From assembly GCA_964396445.1 (NCBI GenBank), contig CAYNFI010000004.1, forward strand, positions 1,007-65,006: 64,000 bases of DNA, written 5' to 3'. The notes under the pieces were generated by a model. The model had not been told where the DNA came from and ran no database searches. It saw only the letters and a list, made by a program, of their open reading frames with translations. Each line of letters starts with the position of its first letter. Within the stretch, counting starts at the first letter, position 1. Position numbers and translations under genes: made by a program. The stretch is from an uncultured Candidatus Bathyarchaeia archaeon (GTDB taxonomy: Archaea; Thermoproteota; CALKCG01; B24; JAWCPE01). Of this stretch, positions 49,035 through 61,368 are shown piece by piece.

Positions 49035-51020
49035 TTGGAGGTTTCAGAAACTGATGTGAAGAGGTTTTTCCCCTACCCAGAATTCCGACCTTATCAACTC
49101 GATACGATACGCTTCACCTATAACGTTATGAAAAGTGGGAGGATCGGGCTTCTCTCAGCGCCCTGCGGCGTCGGTAAAAGCATCTCTGTCCTATCCGCCT
49201 TCTTCACAGCGCGGTATGCGGGCTTCGGGCAGCGGCTTCTAGCCTTAACGCGGACGCGGAACCAGCTGGAGATCTACAGTCGAGAATTGAAGCGGATTAA
49301 GGAACACTCTGACCTAAGGTTTACGGCTTCGATGTTTAAGAGCAAGCAGGACATGTGTCCCTTGGTCCGTGAGGGTAAGGAGCTTAAGGACATAGCTTAC
49401 GGAGACTTTCTCCGTTACTGTAGAAGCCTTAAAACAGGCGCGTTCGGGCAAACCTGTGAGCACTACGAACGGACTTTTCAAGGTTGGAAACCATGTTGGA
49501 GAACGCTTCAAACGGTATATAGGATTACTAAAGACGGTCCGTTTCTACCCGATGAAGTGTACACTGTATGCGTTGAATCAGGGTTGTGCCCATACGAGGT
49601 GACGAAGTTCCTAGCGAAGCAAGCAGATGTCATCATCGGCAACTACAACTACCTCCTTGTACAGCCCATAAGGGCTTCAATCCTAGGAAAAGCCGGAGTA
49701 AGGCTTGAGAAGGTTAATTGCATACTCGATGAAGCCCATTCACTTCCAAGGTACGCGGCTGGAATCCTCTCCGATGAGCTTTCAACCGTCTCCATTAAAC
49801 GCGCCTTAGGCGAGGTTGAACAATACGGGGTTAGGGATTATGGGATCCTATCGGTTCTCAAGGAACTCGTCGAGGATTTGGGAAGCCGAGCTTATACGCG
49901 GTATGGTAAGGACGGAGCTTTGGTAATAAAGCGACAGAATGCAGTAAACACCTTTCTCAAGGATCTTGCGTTACAGGGTGAGGATGAGCTCCTAAAGCTC
50001 CTCTCAGACCTCTCAGATGAAGGTGAAATGGTTCGATGGAAGAGGGTTGAGGGAGGTAAGACTCCTGTCTCCTATCTCTCTAGATGTGCTTCCTTCCTAA
50101 CGGAGTGGGTGGGTATCGGCGAGTTAGGTTACATCCGCTACGCGATTGCTGGGGATAAGGATAATGGTGAGGGTGTTCATAGCCGGATTGGGGTTAAATG
50201 CCTCGACCCATCCATCAGCGGAAACGTGATTAACAGCCTCCACGCCGCTGTTGTTATGTCAGGAACCCTCTGGGACATGGATTACTACACAGATGTCCTC
50301 GGGTTGAACAGAGAAAGGGTTGACTCAATCGAAGTACCCAGTCCCTTCCCGAAGAAGCACAGGTTAATAATTGTTGACAAGGCGGTGACAACACGTTATC
50401 CAATGAGGGGTACAGCTGAGTGGATAAAGATCGCGGCTCACATTGAAGGGATTTCTGAAGTCGTAAAAGGGAGCGCCGCTTTCTACTTCCCATCATACGA
50501 GGTTATGGAAGCCGTTTTGAAACATGTGAAAACACCCTACCCGATCCTCGTTGAGCGAAGGGATACAGATGTACGAGATGTTCTCACCTTCCTCAAATCA
50601 GGGAGTAAAGTACTCGTCTTCGGCGTGGCAACGGGGAAGATCAGCGAGGGCATCGACATGGCTGTTAGAGGACGAAGCCTCCTAACATGCGTGGCAATCG
50701 TAGGCTTACCGTACCCAAAGAAGACGGAAACTCAATACGCGTTATTAAAGTACTTCGAGGCGAAGTTCGGCGGGGAAGGCTTCACGTACGCGAATGAGGT
50801 TCCCTGCCTAACCGCCATAGCTCAGTCAGCTGGGAGGCTACTCCGCAGCCCTGAGGATAAAGGCGTCATTGTTCTCATGGATGGAAGGGTCACGGGAAGG
50901 CTGAGGGAGAAGCTTCCAAAGGAGTGGATGGACGATATGGTAGTGCACACGAATGTTGAAAAGCTTCTGATACGCATAAGAACTTTTCAAGAACAGTTCA
51001 TGAACGCGGAGAAGCCTTAA
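49035..51020 (+). CDS. xpd: XPD/Rad3-family 5'-3' DNA helicase with Fe-S domain
   Basis: Walker A SAPCGVGKS, DEAH box (ILDEAHSL), and four Cys between them (CPLV, YCRS, TCEH, LCPYE). TTG start. Confidence 0.85.
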   Translation: MEVSETDVKRFFPYPEFRPYQLDTIRFTYNVMKSGRIGLLSAPCGVGKSISVLSAFFTARYAGFGQRLLALTRTRNQLEIYSRELKRIKEHSDLRFTASMFKSKQDMCPLVREGKELKDIAYGDFLRYCRSLKTGAFGQTCEHYERTFQGWKPCWRTLQTVYRITKDGPFLPDEVYTVCVESGLCPYEVTKFLAKQADVIIGNYNYLLVQPIRASILGKAGVRLEKVNCILDEAHSLPRYAAGILSDELSTVSIKRALGEVEQYGVRDYGILSVLKELVEDLGSRAYTRYGKDGALVIKRQNAVNTFLKDLALQGEDELLKLLSDLSDEGEMVRWKRVEGGKTPVSYLSRCASFLTEWVGIGELGYIRYAIAGDKDNGEGVHSRIGVKCLDPSISGNVINSLHAAVVMSGTLWDMDYYTDVLGLNRERVDSIEVPSPFPKKHRLIIVDKAVTTRYPMRGTAEWIKIAAHIEGISEVVKGSAAFYFPSYEVMEAVLKHVKTPYPILVERRDTDVRDVLTFLKSGSKVLVFGVATGKISEGIDMAVRGRSLLTCVAIVGLPYPKKTETQYALLKYFEAKFGGEGFTYANEVPCLTAIAQSAGRLLRSPEDKGVIVLMDGRVTGRLREKLPKEWMDDMVVHTNVEKLLIRIRTFQEQFMNAEKP

Positions 51021-51022
51021 CA

Positions 51023-52030
51023 CTAATGTGTTCTTAATGAAGCGTCCAATATGTCGAGGAACTCCTGCACTCTCTCTGTTGGCACCTCCACACCCACGGC
51101 TTTCGGATGTCCACCACCATGACCGCCAAGCTTCATAGCCAATTTCCTACACAGCTCGTTTAGGTTTATCAAGGGATCTCTGGTTCTAAGGCTTAGGTCT
51201 GCTCTCCCGTTTCTCAATGTGACACCGACTCCAACCTTTGCTCCTGTAATCGCTGAAGCGTAAATGGCGGCTTTCCCGCCGAAGCCTTTAACTGGAAGCT
51301 GGGTTACTACGGCGAGGTTACCCCTTCTCTCACTGAATTTTTTCACATACTCATAAACCCTATACTCGTCTTTCAATGTCTTCAAGGCTTCATTAACCAC
51401 CTCCTCGACTTCACTCGGGCTCCGTCCCTCAGCGAGTTGTTCAACAACCATCCTCTGGAAATCATAGTCTCTTCTCCGCGTTAGGGCTTCAACAAGAAGC
51501 CCAGATTCTAGATACAATACCCTTTTATCCCATCGATTAAGCTCATCGGCAATGAGTGGCGAATGATCGGCGTAGTCGCCTACGGCTCCATAAACAGCGA
51601 GGAAGACTGATTCAGAGCCAGCCAAGTCTTGGAAGGCTTTATAGGTTAATTCTGAAGCGCTGACCCGCTCATCATGGATGAGTGTCACTCCATGGAAGTC
51701 CAAGGCAGTGGTAGAGAGAGGTAGCTGATGGTGGTCGATGTACATAACCCTCCCCCCGATAGAAACAAGCCTCCTAAACTCCATAAGAACAGCGTCCCTG
51801 TCTTCCTCGTTGATGGCTAAGTCGCAGACCACAAGGTTTAACCTAGCCTCCAATCGGCTTAGGTCTCTACGTAAGTCGGTTGGACGGGAAAATACGACAT
51901 CGCTTTTCGGGATAGCCCTTTTCACGATAGCTCCCGCGCATACGCCATCACAGTCTATGGGTGAAAGCTAAGGCCTTCACTCTCCATGTGTGATGACGAC
52001 AAAGTCACCCTCAACCAGCCAGTCAACCAT
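51023..52030 (-). CDS. DHH/DHHA1 phosphoesterase, coding sequence interrupted by a 27-nt BHB element
   Basis: Motifs II (VVCDLA), III (YIDHHQ), IV (GAVGDYAD) and DHHA1 (GGHGGGHPKA) lie in ORF 51023..51925. Motif I and 17 N-terminal codons (MVDWLVEGDFVVITHG..DCDG) continue in the same frame up to ATG 52030, but across TGA and TAG. Confidence 0.7.
51955..51981 (-). other. candidate bulge-helix-bulge intron (27 nt; boundaries ambiguous by 1-2 nt because both bulges are AGA)
   Basis: 4-bp helix AUGG/CCAU flanked by two 3-nt AGA bulges on opposite strands. The outer helix is CGUCAUCACA/UGUGAUGGCG and the inner helix GUGAAGG/CUUUCAC with a 6-nt loop. Excision removes both stops and keeps the frame. 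Confidence 0.55.
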
Positions 52031-52175
52031 GTGTATATCCCGAAGTCCCTTCTAAGTCCATTGCGATATTAACTTTCCCTACCTAAGAGAAGATCCATGT
52101 TCTTTGGATAAAATTTAAAAAGTTTCTACAACATGAAAACATCTTAAATAGGTGGAGTCAGAAATATAATAAAAG

Positions 52176-52526
52176 ATGATTTTTATGACTTGGGGACAAG
52201 GCATAATCATAGTTACGACACCCACTGTGCCTGGTTACCGGGTCCGAAGGGTCTTAGGGGTTATTACAGGTCTAAGTCCGAGGACGAGGGGGGTTGGTGG
52301 TAAATTTGTAGCTGGGATACAGTCCATGTTCGGAGGCGAGGTTACCGCCTTCACCTCGGAGATCGAGAAGGCTAGGGTTGAGGCGTTGGAGCGATTGAAG
52401 GAGAAAGCTATGGCAATGGGTGCCAACGCCGTAGTCGGCGTGGATATTGAAACATCCGATGTTTTTCAGGGACTTGTTTTGATTTCCGCAACGGGCACAG
52501 CTGTTGTGGTGGAACCCGAGCAGTGA
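52176..52526 (+). CDS. YbjQ/UPF0145 family protein
   Basis: The family-typical GEVTAFTSEIEKARVEALERLKEKAMAMGANAVVGVDIE core. Confidence 0.75.
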   Translation: MIFMTWGQGIIIVTTPTVPGYRVRRVLGVITGLSPRTRGVGGKFVAGIQSMFGGEVTAFTSEIEKARVEALERLKEKAMAMGANAVVGVDIETSDVFQGLVLISATGTAVVVEPEQ

Positions 52527-52641
52527 GCCTGCCTTTTTGAAAAAGCCGTAGAGTATATCGCATCCCAGGTACCCAAGCTTTTTCCATGAGCAAAGTTAAA
52601 ATCTCCTTTACACATCTTCAACTCCATGCGAAGCTGATGAT

Positions 52642-54420
52642 ATGTCGAATAGAAAGCCTAACGCGCTAGGAGTTAAGGGAATTTTTACATTAACGGTTAT
52701 CATCTTAACGCTCTTCACAATAATTGATGTAACTTCTCTGGGAAAAGCTGAAGCAGGGACTCAGACGAGTGCGGAGTACCAGTATTTCTTCACAGTCAAC
52801 GAAGATGGTGACACAGATGTCGAAACAATTTTCATCCATGAGACACCAAGTCAAGGTTCGAGTTGGTTACTGGTTCCGAGTTATACGGAGTTTAGGAATC
52901 AGACAGCACGCGGCGTCATAGCCTCATATAAACTTCAACCGCTCACCTCAGAAGGTGTTGTTAACCCCTTCTGGCAGAACTACAGCTTTACCTATACCCC
53001 TGTAAACGGCGTCTTCAACCTCACCCTATGGTTCAGGTTTTCACACTATACCCAGATCATCGAGCCCGACGGCTTCTTTCTCTCCCCACAACTAGAGTAC
53101 AACCCCTCTGCAAACGCTAGGTTGTTTTTAGTTCTACCTCAAAACACTGAGGTGAAGGGGTCTGATGTAAAGCTTCTAGACTACTTGTCAGGAAGTATAA
53201 ACGCTCCAAGCGGCCTCCTTATTACGCGCCTAGCCGATAGAAGGCTTAGGATCACGGGGTTGGCTACGGCATCAAGCCGTCTAGCCGTTGCCTTCACCCT
53301 TCCCGGTAGGAAACCTGATTTAATAACGCCCCCGCCGAGCATAGGGAGGTTCTCCGCGTATACGGTGAAGAGGTATGAGGATCGGGCTTGGAGTATCCTC
53401 GCGCTCTTTAACGCCACATACCCCACCTTCACTGAAACCTTCGGTGTAGACATCGGAAACATGAGCTTTGAGTTCTTCGTTCCATCTATGAATGAGTTCC
53501 TTCAAGGCCTAGCTGGGTTTGTTCCCCTTTCGGGAAAGGATACACGCATCTTTCTGAACCCCTTCTTCTACAGGATGATGGAAGGGTACATCGAGATCGT
53601 AGCCCTCCACGAGTTAGTCCATCACTTCTTATTGGATGCTGGGATATCACCTTCAAGGCTTTGGGTTCACGAGGGTATGGCTGAATACTTCAGCACCGAG
53701 GTTGCGAAGATTGTTGGGTATGCAACGGCTGCTATGGAGAATGAGAACGCCTTGAAAACCATCGCTGAGGGGCTAGGTGGAAACCTCGGGTTTATACAGG
53801 AATGGACGGTAGGAGCGACACCTCGTGACGTTAAGAAGTACTATGCCGCGGCTTACGAGGTCTTCAAGGTTTTAGGAGACCGCTACGGTGGATTAAACTA
53901 CTACAAAAGTTTCTTCAGCTTAATCAAGGGTTATATGAATAGGACTGATGACGCCATCATCGTTTCCACGCTCGGAAGGACTGCTAACGATGTACCAGCG
54001 GTTATCACCCAGTTTGGAACATGGGGTTTTACAAATATCATCGACCCCTTGGAGATGGAAAGCCGAATTGAACAGGCGCAGACCTTGATTTCAGAGCTTA
54101 ACCCCGTTCTCCAACCCTATAAAATCCTTGCTCAGTGGACCTTAAGCCGTGCTGTAGAAGCGTACCGTAATGGAAGATACTATACGGCCTTAACCTACAT
54201 TAACGACGCTGTTTTCCTCGCCGAGAACGCTTTCACCTTAACGGTTGCCACATTCATAGGCGTCGCCTTCATTGCTCTGGCTGTCTACGGGTTTAAGATA
54301 AAGCGTACTGCTCGGGTACCTGGTCCCAGGCTTGAGGAGGCAAGGTATTGCTTATACTGCGGTTCTAGGCTTCCGCCTGAAGCCGTTTACTGCCCTACAT
54401 GTGGACTGAAGCAAAAGTGA
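52642..54420 (+). CDS. membrane-anchored putative zinc metallopeptidase with C-terminal zinc ribbon
   Basis: N-terminal TM (IFTLTVIILTLFTII), HExxH plus downstream Glu (ALHELVHH...HEGMAEY), a second TM near the C-terminus, then CLYCGSRLPPEAVYCPTCG. Confidence 0.5.
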   Translation: MSNRKPNALGVKGIFTLTVIILTLFTIIDVTSLGKAEAGTQTSAEYQYFFTVNEDGDTDVETIFIHETPSQGSSWLLVPSYTEFRNQTARGVIASYKLQPLTSEGVVNPFWQNYSFTYTPVNGVFNLTLWFRFSHYTQIIEPDGFFLSPQLEYNPSANARLFLVLPQNTEVKGSDVKLLDYLSGSINAPSGLLITRLADRRLRITGLATASSRLAVAFTLPGRKPDLITPPPSIGRFSAYTVKRYEDRAWSILALFNATYPTFTETFGVDIGNMSFEFFVPSMNEFLQGLAGFVPLSGKDTRIFLNPFFYRMMEGYIEIVALHELVHHFLLDAGISPSRLWVHEGMAEYFSTEVAKIVGYATAAMENENALKTIAEGLGGNLGFIQEWTVGATPRDVKKYYAAAYEVFKVLGDRYGGLNYYKSFFSLIKGYMNRTDDAIIVSTLGRTANDVPAVITQFGTWGFTNIIDPLEMESRIEQAQTLISELNPVLQPYKILAQWTLSRAVEAYRNGRYYTALTYINDAVFLAENAFTLTVATFIGVAFIALAVYGFKIKRTARVPGPRLEEARYCLYCGSRLPPEAVYCPTCGLKQK

Positions 54421-54432
54421 GACAGGATGTTG

Positions 54433-55107
54433 CTAAGTGTAAAGCTTGGGGCATTCAAACCTCACAGGGCAAGTAAAGCAACGTGGTTTTCTGGCTTTAC
54501 AGTAGCTTCGGCCTAGGCGGATGAGGAGTAGATGCGCTTCCATATACAAAGCTGGTGAATACAGGATCTGAAGTGTTCTACGCGTCTCCTCGTATCCTGC
54601 TTTTTGCGACGCGAAGCCCGTCCTCTTAGAAACTCTCCAGATATGCGTGTCAATAGGGAATGTCGGCATATGCATTGAGAAGAGGAGGAGAACATCGGCT
54701 GTCTTCGGTCCGACACCTGGAAGCCTCATCAGTCTCTGCCTCGCCTCATCCAATGGAAGCGTAAATAGGCTGTTTAAGCTGCCTTTAAACTCCTGAACGA
54801 GTGTCTGCGCAAGCCGCTTAAGCATACGCGCTTTGTTTCTGTAGAGACCGGCTACTTTTATAGCCTCACCCAGCTCCTCCTCATCGGCTAAAGCGATGGT
54901 TTCAGGAGTCACCCTAAACCTAACTGACAAGTTTTTAAAAGCCCTTCCAGAGTTCAAATCGTTTGTATGCTGGGAAAGCACGGTAGCAACTAGGGCCTCG
55001 AAAGGTTCTAAATCGCGGCGCGTAACCTCAACTTTACCGAACTCTTGAAAGAGGATGTTCAAGACCCTATGCGCTCTATCTTTCTCACTTACACCTACCA
55101 TTCCCAT
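54433..55107 (-). CDS. nth: endonuclease III family DNA glycosylase
   Basis: HhH-GPD (LMRLPGVGPKTADVLLLF...D) and a C-terminal CX6CX2CX5C Fe-S loop (CKARKPRCFTCPVRFEC). Confidence 0.85.
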   Translation of the reverse strand: MGMVGVSEKDRAHRVLNILFQEFGKVEVTRRDLEPFEALVATVLSQHTNDLNSGRAFKNLSVRFRVTPETIALADEEELGEAIKVAGLYRNKARMLKRLAQTLVQEFKGSLNSLFTLPLDEARQRLMRLPGVGPKTADVLLLFSMHMPTFPIDTHIWRVSKRTGFASQKAGYEETRRTLQILYSPALYMEAHLLLIRLGRSYCKARKPRCFTCPVRFECPKLYT

Positions 55108-55361
55108 AGCTTAACCACCCGATCTACAAACACGACAGTATCTTTCAAGGATGGCAGCATCATACATGCTGTAAGCAAACAACAGAGTTATACAGTGGAG
55201 TTTATACTTTAACTGAGACGCTTCCCCCCTTCATAATCCCCTCTAATATAAACCCTTCCCTCAACCTCACGAACTCACAACCCTCTCGTCCTTCCATTAT
55301 GATTCCTCGAAGCGTAAGTGAGTTTCCCACATAAGTCTCTTTATCCACGGCAGTCCAAGGT

Positions 55362-56603
55362 TTACCCGCCTCTTCCATGGAGTCTAAATAAATCAGCGGC
55401 TTTCCTCTTGGCTTTACGTGCTTCGATAACCGATTCCCTACCGAAAAGCTTAGCGCCTAGGAGTAGGAAGGCTACGCTGAAGGCTAGGAGGTAGAGGATG
55501 TGGGGAATCCAAGTGGAAAAGGGCTTTGCATAGACAACGGCGTCGGCTATGAGGAGCTGTCCATGACTGAAGGGGATGAGCTGTACGACCAACTGGGCGA
55601 TAGGCGGCCAATCTTCAAGCCTCGATGTGAGGGTTGGCATGAGGGCGAAGACGCTTAATGTGTACACAACTTGGTAATAAACCTCGGCGTCCCGTACACT
55701 CTTAGCTAGGCTTGAAACCACTATGCCCACGGATATGGCGGCGAGCACGGTGAGGGCTACGGCACCGAGTACAACAGCTGTCTTCTCAGGCGTGAGGGCG
55801 ATCTGCCCTACTGCCACCCCTGCCTGGGATGAAAAAGCCCCTGTAAGCGACTCGTTGAAGTACAGGATTCCGATGAAGTTCATGAGAAGGTAGAGGGCTG
55901 TGAAGATGAGGGCTGAGACCAGCTTTCCGATGAGGATGGAAAGCCTCGTAACCGGCGTTACGAGGAGGGCTTCAAGGCTCTTCCTCTCCCTCTCCCCTGC
56001 GAAGCTCGTGGTGACAACGGGCATGGGTCCGACGAATGCCATAACCGTCAGGATGTAGGCTACGATGTTGAACCCGAAGGAGAAGGAGTATATAGCTTTC
56101 TGCCTAACCATCAACTGATACCGTGGTGACTCGATGACCGGCTCTAAGGTTGCAGCGATCACGCTGGCAACGGTTGACGCCCTTATGCTTGTTTGGTCAA
56201 GCCAGACATCGACATCGGCGTGTGCCGAGGACTCAAGGGACTTAGTGAAGTTAGGGCTTACATAGATGAAGAGGGATATCTTCCCCTCGCGGGCCAAGCG
56301 TTCACCGGCTTCAGCCTCCACATTCATTATCTTAATGTTCAAGGGTTGAGCTAGAGCCTGAATGGTTGATTGTATACGGTCACCTCCCCATCCCTGGTCC
56401 TCTATGGCCATGTAGACCTCTAAGGGAGTTTGAGCTCCAGCACCAGCACCACCTCCACCCGGTGTTGCCATGGAGAAGAAGCCCGCGTAGAAGAGCCCCA
56501 TACCTATCCAAAGGATGAGGGGGAGTAGGATGAGGAGAGCCATGGTTTTCTTAGTTCTCAACTGCTCCTTTACTTCCTTCGAAGCCACTATGAGGTAGTC
56601 CAT
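55362..56603 (-). CDS. ABC-2 type transporter permease
   Basis: Has an N-terminal TM, a large loop, then 5 TMs. Directly abuts the ABC ATPase gene. Confidence 0.7.
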   Translation of the reverse strand: MDYLIVASKEVKEQLRTKKTMALLILLPLILWIGMGLFYAGFFSMATPGGGGAGAGAQTPLEVYMAIEDQGWGGDRIQSTIQALAQPLNIKIMNVEAEAGERLAREGKISLFIYVSPNFTKSLESSAHADVDVWLDQTSIRASTVASVIAATLEPVIESPRYQLMVRQKAIYSFSFGFNIVAYILTVMAFVGPMPVVTTSFAGERERKSLEALLVTPVTRLSILIGKLVSALIFTALYLLMNFIGILYFNESLTGAFSSQAGVAVGQIALTPEKTAVVLGAVALTVLAAISVGIVVSSLAKSVRDAEVYYQVVYTLSVFALMPTLTSRLEDWPPIAQLVVQLIPFSHGQLLIADAVVYAKPFSTWIPHILYLLAFSVAFLLLGAKLFGRESVIEARKAKRKAADLFRLHGRGG

Positions 56604-57362
56604 TTAGGACTCCTCCTCCCCTATGGTCAACCGTGCAAGGAGGGCTTCGAGGCTTGGCTCGTTAAACCTCTCCTTAAGCTCAGCTGAGCCTCCTATAGCC
56701 ACAACCTTACCCCGGTCCATGATGGCAACCCTGTCGCACAGCCTCTCAGCCTCATCGAGGTCGTTTGTACATACAATAACTGTCCTCCCAGGCTCCTTGG
56801 CTACGCTTCTTATGAGGTCCCTCACTCTCCTCGCTGAGAAAATGTCTAAGCCGATCGTCGGCTCATCGAGTATGAGAAGCCTCGGTCTATGCACGATGGC
56901 CCTCGCGATCATAAGCCTCCGCTTCATACCCCCGGAATATGTGCCCGCCCGCTCAGCTGCCCTACCCCTTAAACCTACAACCTTTAACGCGTCATCGACG
57001 GCTTCCCGTAGCTTAGCTCCGCTAAGGTGGCATAGCTTCGCGAAGTACGCAACGTTCTCCCAGCCTGTAAGTTGCTCATAGACGTCTCCTTCTTGTGGGA
57101 GAAGTCCTATGAAGCTCCGAGTGTTTAAAGGCTCCTTAACGATGTCGAAGCCGAAGACTTTGGCTTTACCTGAGGTGGGTTTCAGAAGTGTACAGACCAT
57201 CCTGATGGTGGTGGTTTTCCCCGCTCCGTTAGGTCCTAGGAGGCCGAAAACCTCACCTTCATAAACGAAGAGGTCTACGTTATCAACGGCCACGTTGTTC
57301 CCGAAAACCTTTGTTAACCCGTGAAACTCAACAGCCTCGCTTTCAGAAGTCAAGGTCTCCAA
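56604..57362 (-). CDS. ABC transporter ATP-binding protein
   Basis: Walker A GPNGAGKTT, signature YSGGMKRRL, Walker B LLILDEPT. Confidence 0.9.
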   Translation of the reverse strand: METLTSESEAVEFHGLTKVFGNNVAVDNVDLFVYEGEVFGLLGPNGAGKTTTIRMVCTLLKPTSGKAKVFGFDIVKEPLNTRSFIGLLPQEGDVYEQLTGWENVAYFAKLCHLSGAKLREAVDDALKVVGLRGRAAERAGTYSGGMKRRLMIARAIVHRPRLLILDEPTIGLDIFSARRVRDLIRSVAKEPGRTVIVCTNDLDEAERLCDRVAIMDRGKVVAIGGSAELKERFNEPSLEALLARLTIGEEES

Positions 57363-57558
57363 CTCTGAAAAATTGGATTGGACACAGCGTCTAAAAAGGT
57401 TTCCTGTCCATGTTTTCCATAGATTATCCAGGTACTTGATGGGGTGGTGGATAAAGGCTGGAGTGAGGTTTAAGCTTCTATGAGATTGTTTTAGATTGGA
57501 TTAAGCGCTGCTTTTATACGTGCGAATTGAATGGGGTGTGCCTTTTAGGAGGAATTTT

Positions 57559-57604
57559 GTTACCAATGGTAACATTTATATGGGAGGATGTTACGTAAGG
57601 TAAC
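57559..57604 (+). promoter_or_regulatory. TATA box bracketed by two GTTAC-N-GTAAC palindromes
   Basis: GTTACCaatGGTAAC (57559..57573), ATTTATAT (57574..57581) and GTTACgtaagGTAAC (57590..57604), just upstream of GTG 57616. Confidence 0.45.
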
Positions 57605-57615
57605 GGTGAAGCCCT

Positions 57616-58365
57616 GTGAGGCTTAGACTACACCCAGCTTCAACGAGATCAAGGGTTCAATCAACGCACATCATGGACTACGGCACGTTCAAAGAACGCT
57701 TCGGTTTACACAGCGGGGAAACAGAGCTGCACATGCTTGAGAAGTTCTACGCTGCGCACTTCCTAGCTGAACAAGGTTTTTCAAGGATGTACGTTGAAGC
57801 TACTCTGCAATGTGTTCCAAGGGTTAGACAGGATGAAACGCTATACGCGGATGTATGCGGTGAAGATAACGACGAATTCACCATCGTCTTCTGTGAAACA
57901 ACTCCGCCTTCAACCACCTTGTACGAGGGCTTAAAACTTGTGAACGCGGCTGAGAACTCAAGGGCGTTTCTACTATACCCATTTAAGGTAAACGTTGACG
58001 TCTTAGCCGATAGGTTTCCAGAAGCCTTTGAATCAGGTAAGATCATGGTTGAGCAGTTCTGCTGGCTTGACAGTGGTTTGGAGGAAGCCTTCCGGGAAGC
58101 CTTAGAACTCATGGACCTCTTAGCGAATGAAACACGTGTGAGGATGCTCATGCCTCTGCTTGAGAGACCGTATCGGAAGGGATATTACAGGAGGGAGATC
58201 AACCCAAAGCTCGTGTACGAAAACATATCCTCCCTTCTTACACGCGGCTTAATCAACGAGCTTCCCGAGGATGAATACCAGCTAAGCTCGGTAGGTAGAC
58301 GGATCCTATGTGAGTACATAACCTTCCTTGAGAGGGTGAAGCGGGTCTTGGAGGAGTCTGGGTAG
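57616..58365 (+). CDS. putative transcriptional regulator (C-terminal ArsR-like wHTH; N-terminal domain of unknown function)
   Basis: The C-terminus LLANETRVRMLMPLL...LVYENISSLLTRGLI resembles an ArsR/wHTH. The N-terminal domain has a D...E-x-T pattern (YADVCGE...IVFCETT) reminiscent of PD-(D/E)xK folds, which is speculative. Confidence 0.5.
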   Translation: MRLRLHPASTRSRVQSTHIMDYGTFKERFGLHSGETELHMLEKFYAAHFLAEQGFSRMYVEATLQCVPRVRQDETLYADVCGEDNDEFTIVFCETTPPSTTLYEGLKLVNAAENSRAFLLYPFKVNVDVLADRFPEAFESGKIMVEQFCWLDSGLEEAFREALELMDLLANETRVRMLMPLLERPYRKGYYRREINPKLVYENISSLLTRGLINELPEDEYQLSSVGRRILCEYITFLERVKRVLEESG

Positions 58366-58397
58366 GCGGAGGACTGAAAGGAAAAGGAGGTGTCTAT

Positions 58398-61170
<2,773 letters not shown>

Positions 61171-61368
61171 CAGCTTATACCGAATACCTCAAGACCCCCT
61201 CAACGTATACAGGCAAAACCCTGCTTTCCATGTATTCCGAAACGAATCCTCTTAAAGAGGGGTCTGTGACTAACCTAGACTAGACTTAAAGATGTATAGG
61301 TCATAGATTGTGTAAGCCTGTCTTAAAGGAGAACGTTGATAACCGCTAGGGTTCCATGACCTAGCACA

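Noticed and set aside
57640-57665. tRNA-like GGGTTCAATC
   Set aside because: No complementary T-stem (aaggg versus aacgc). It also lies inside the 5' end of a CDS.
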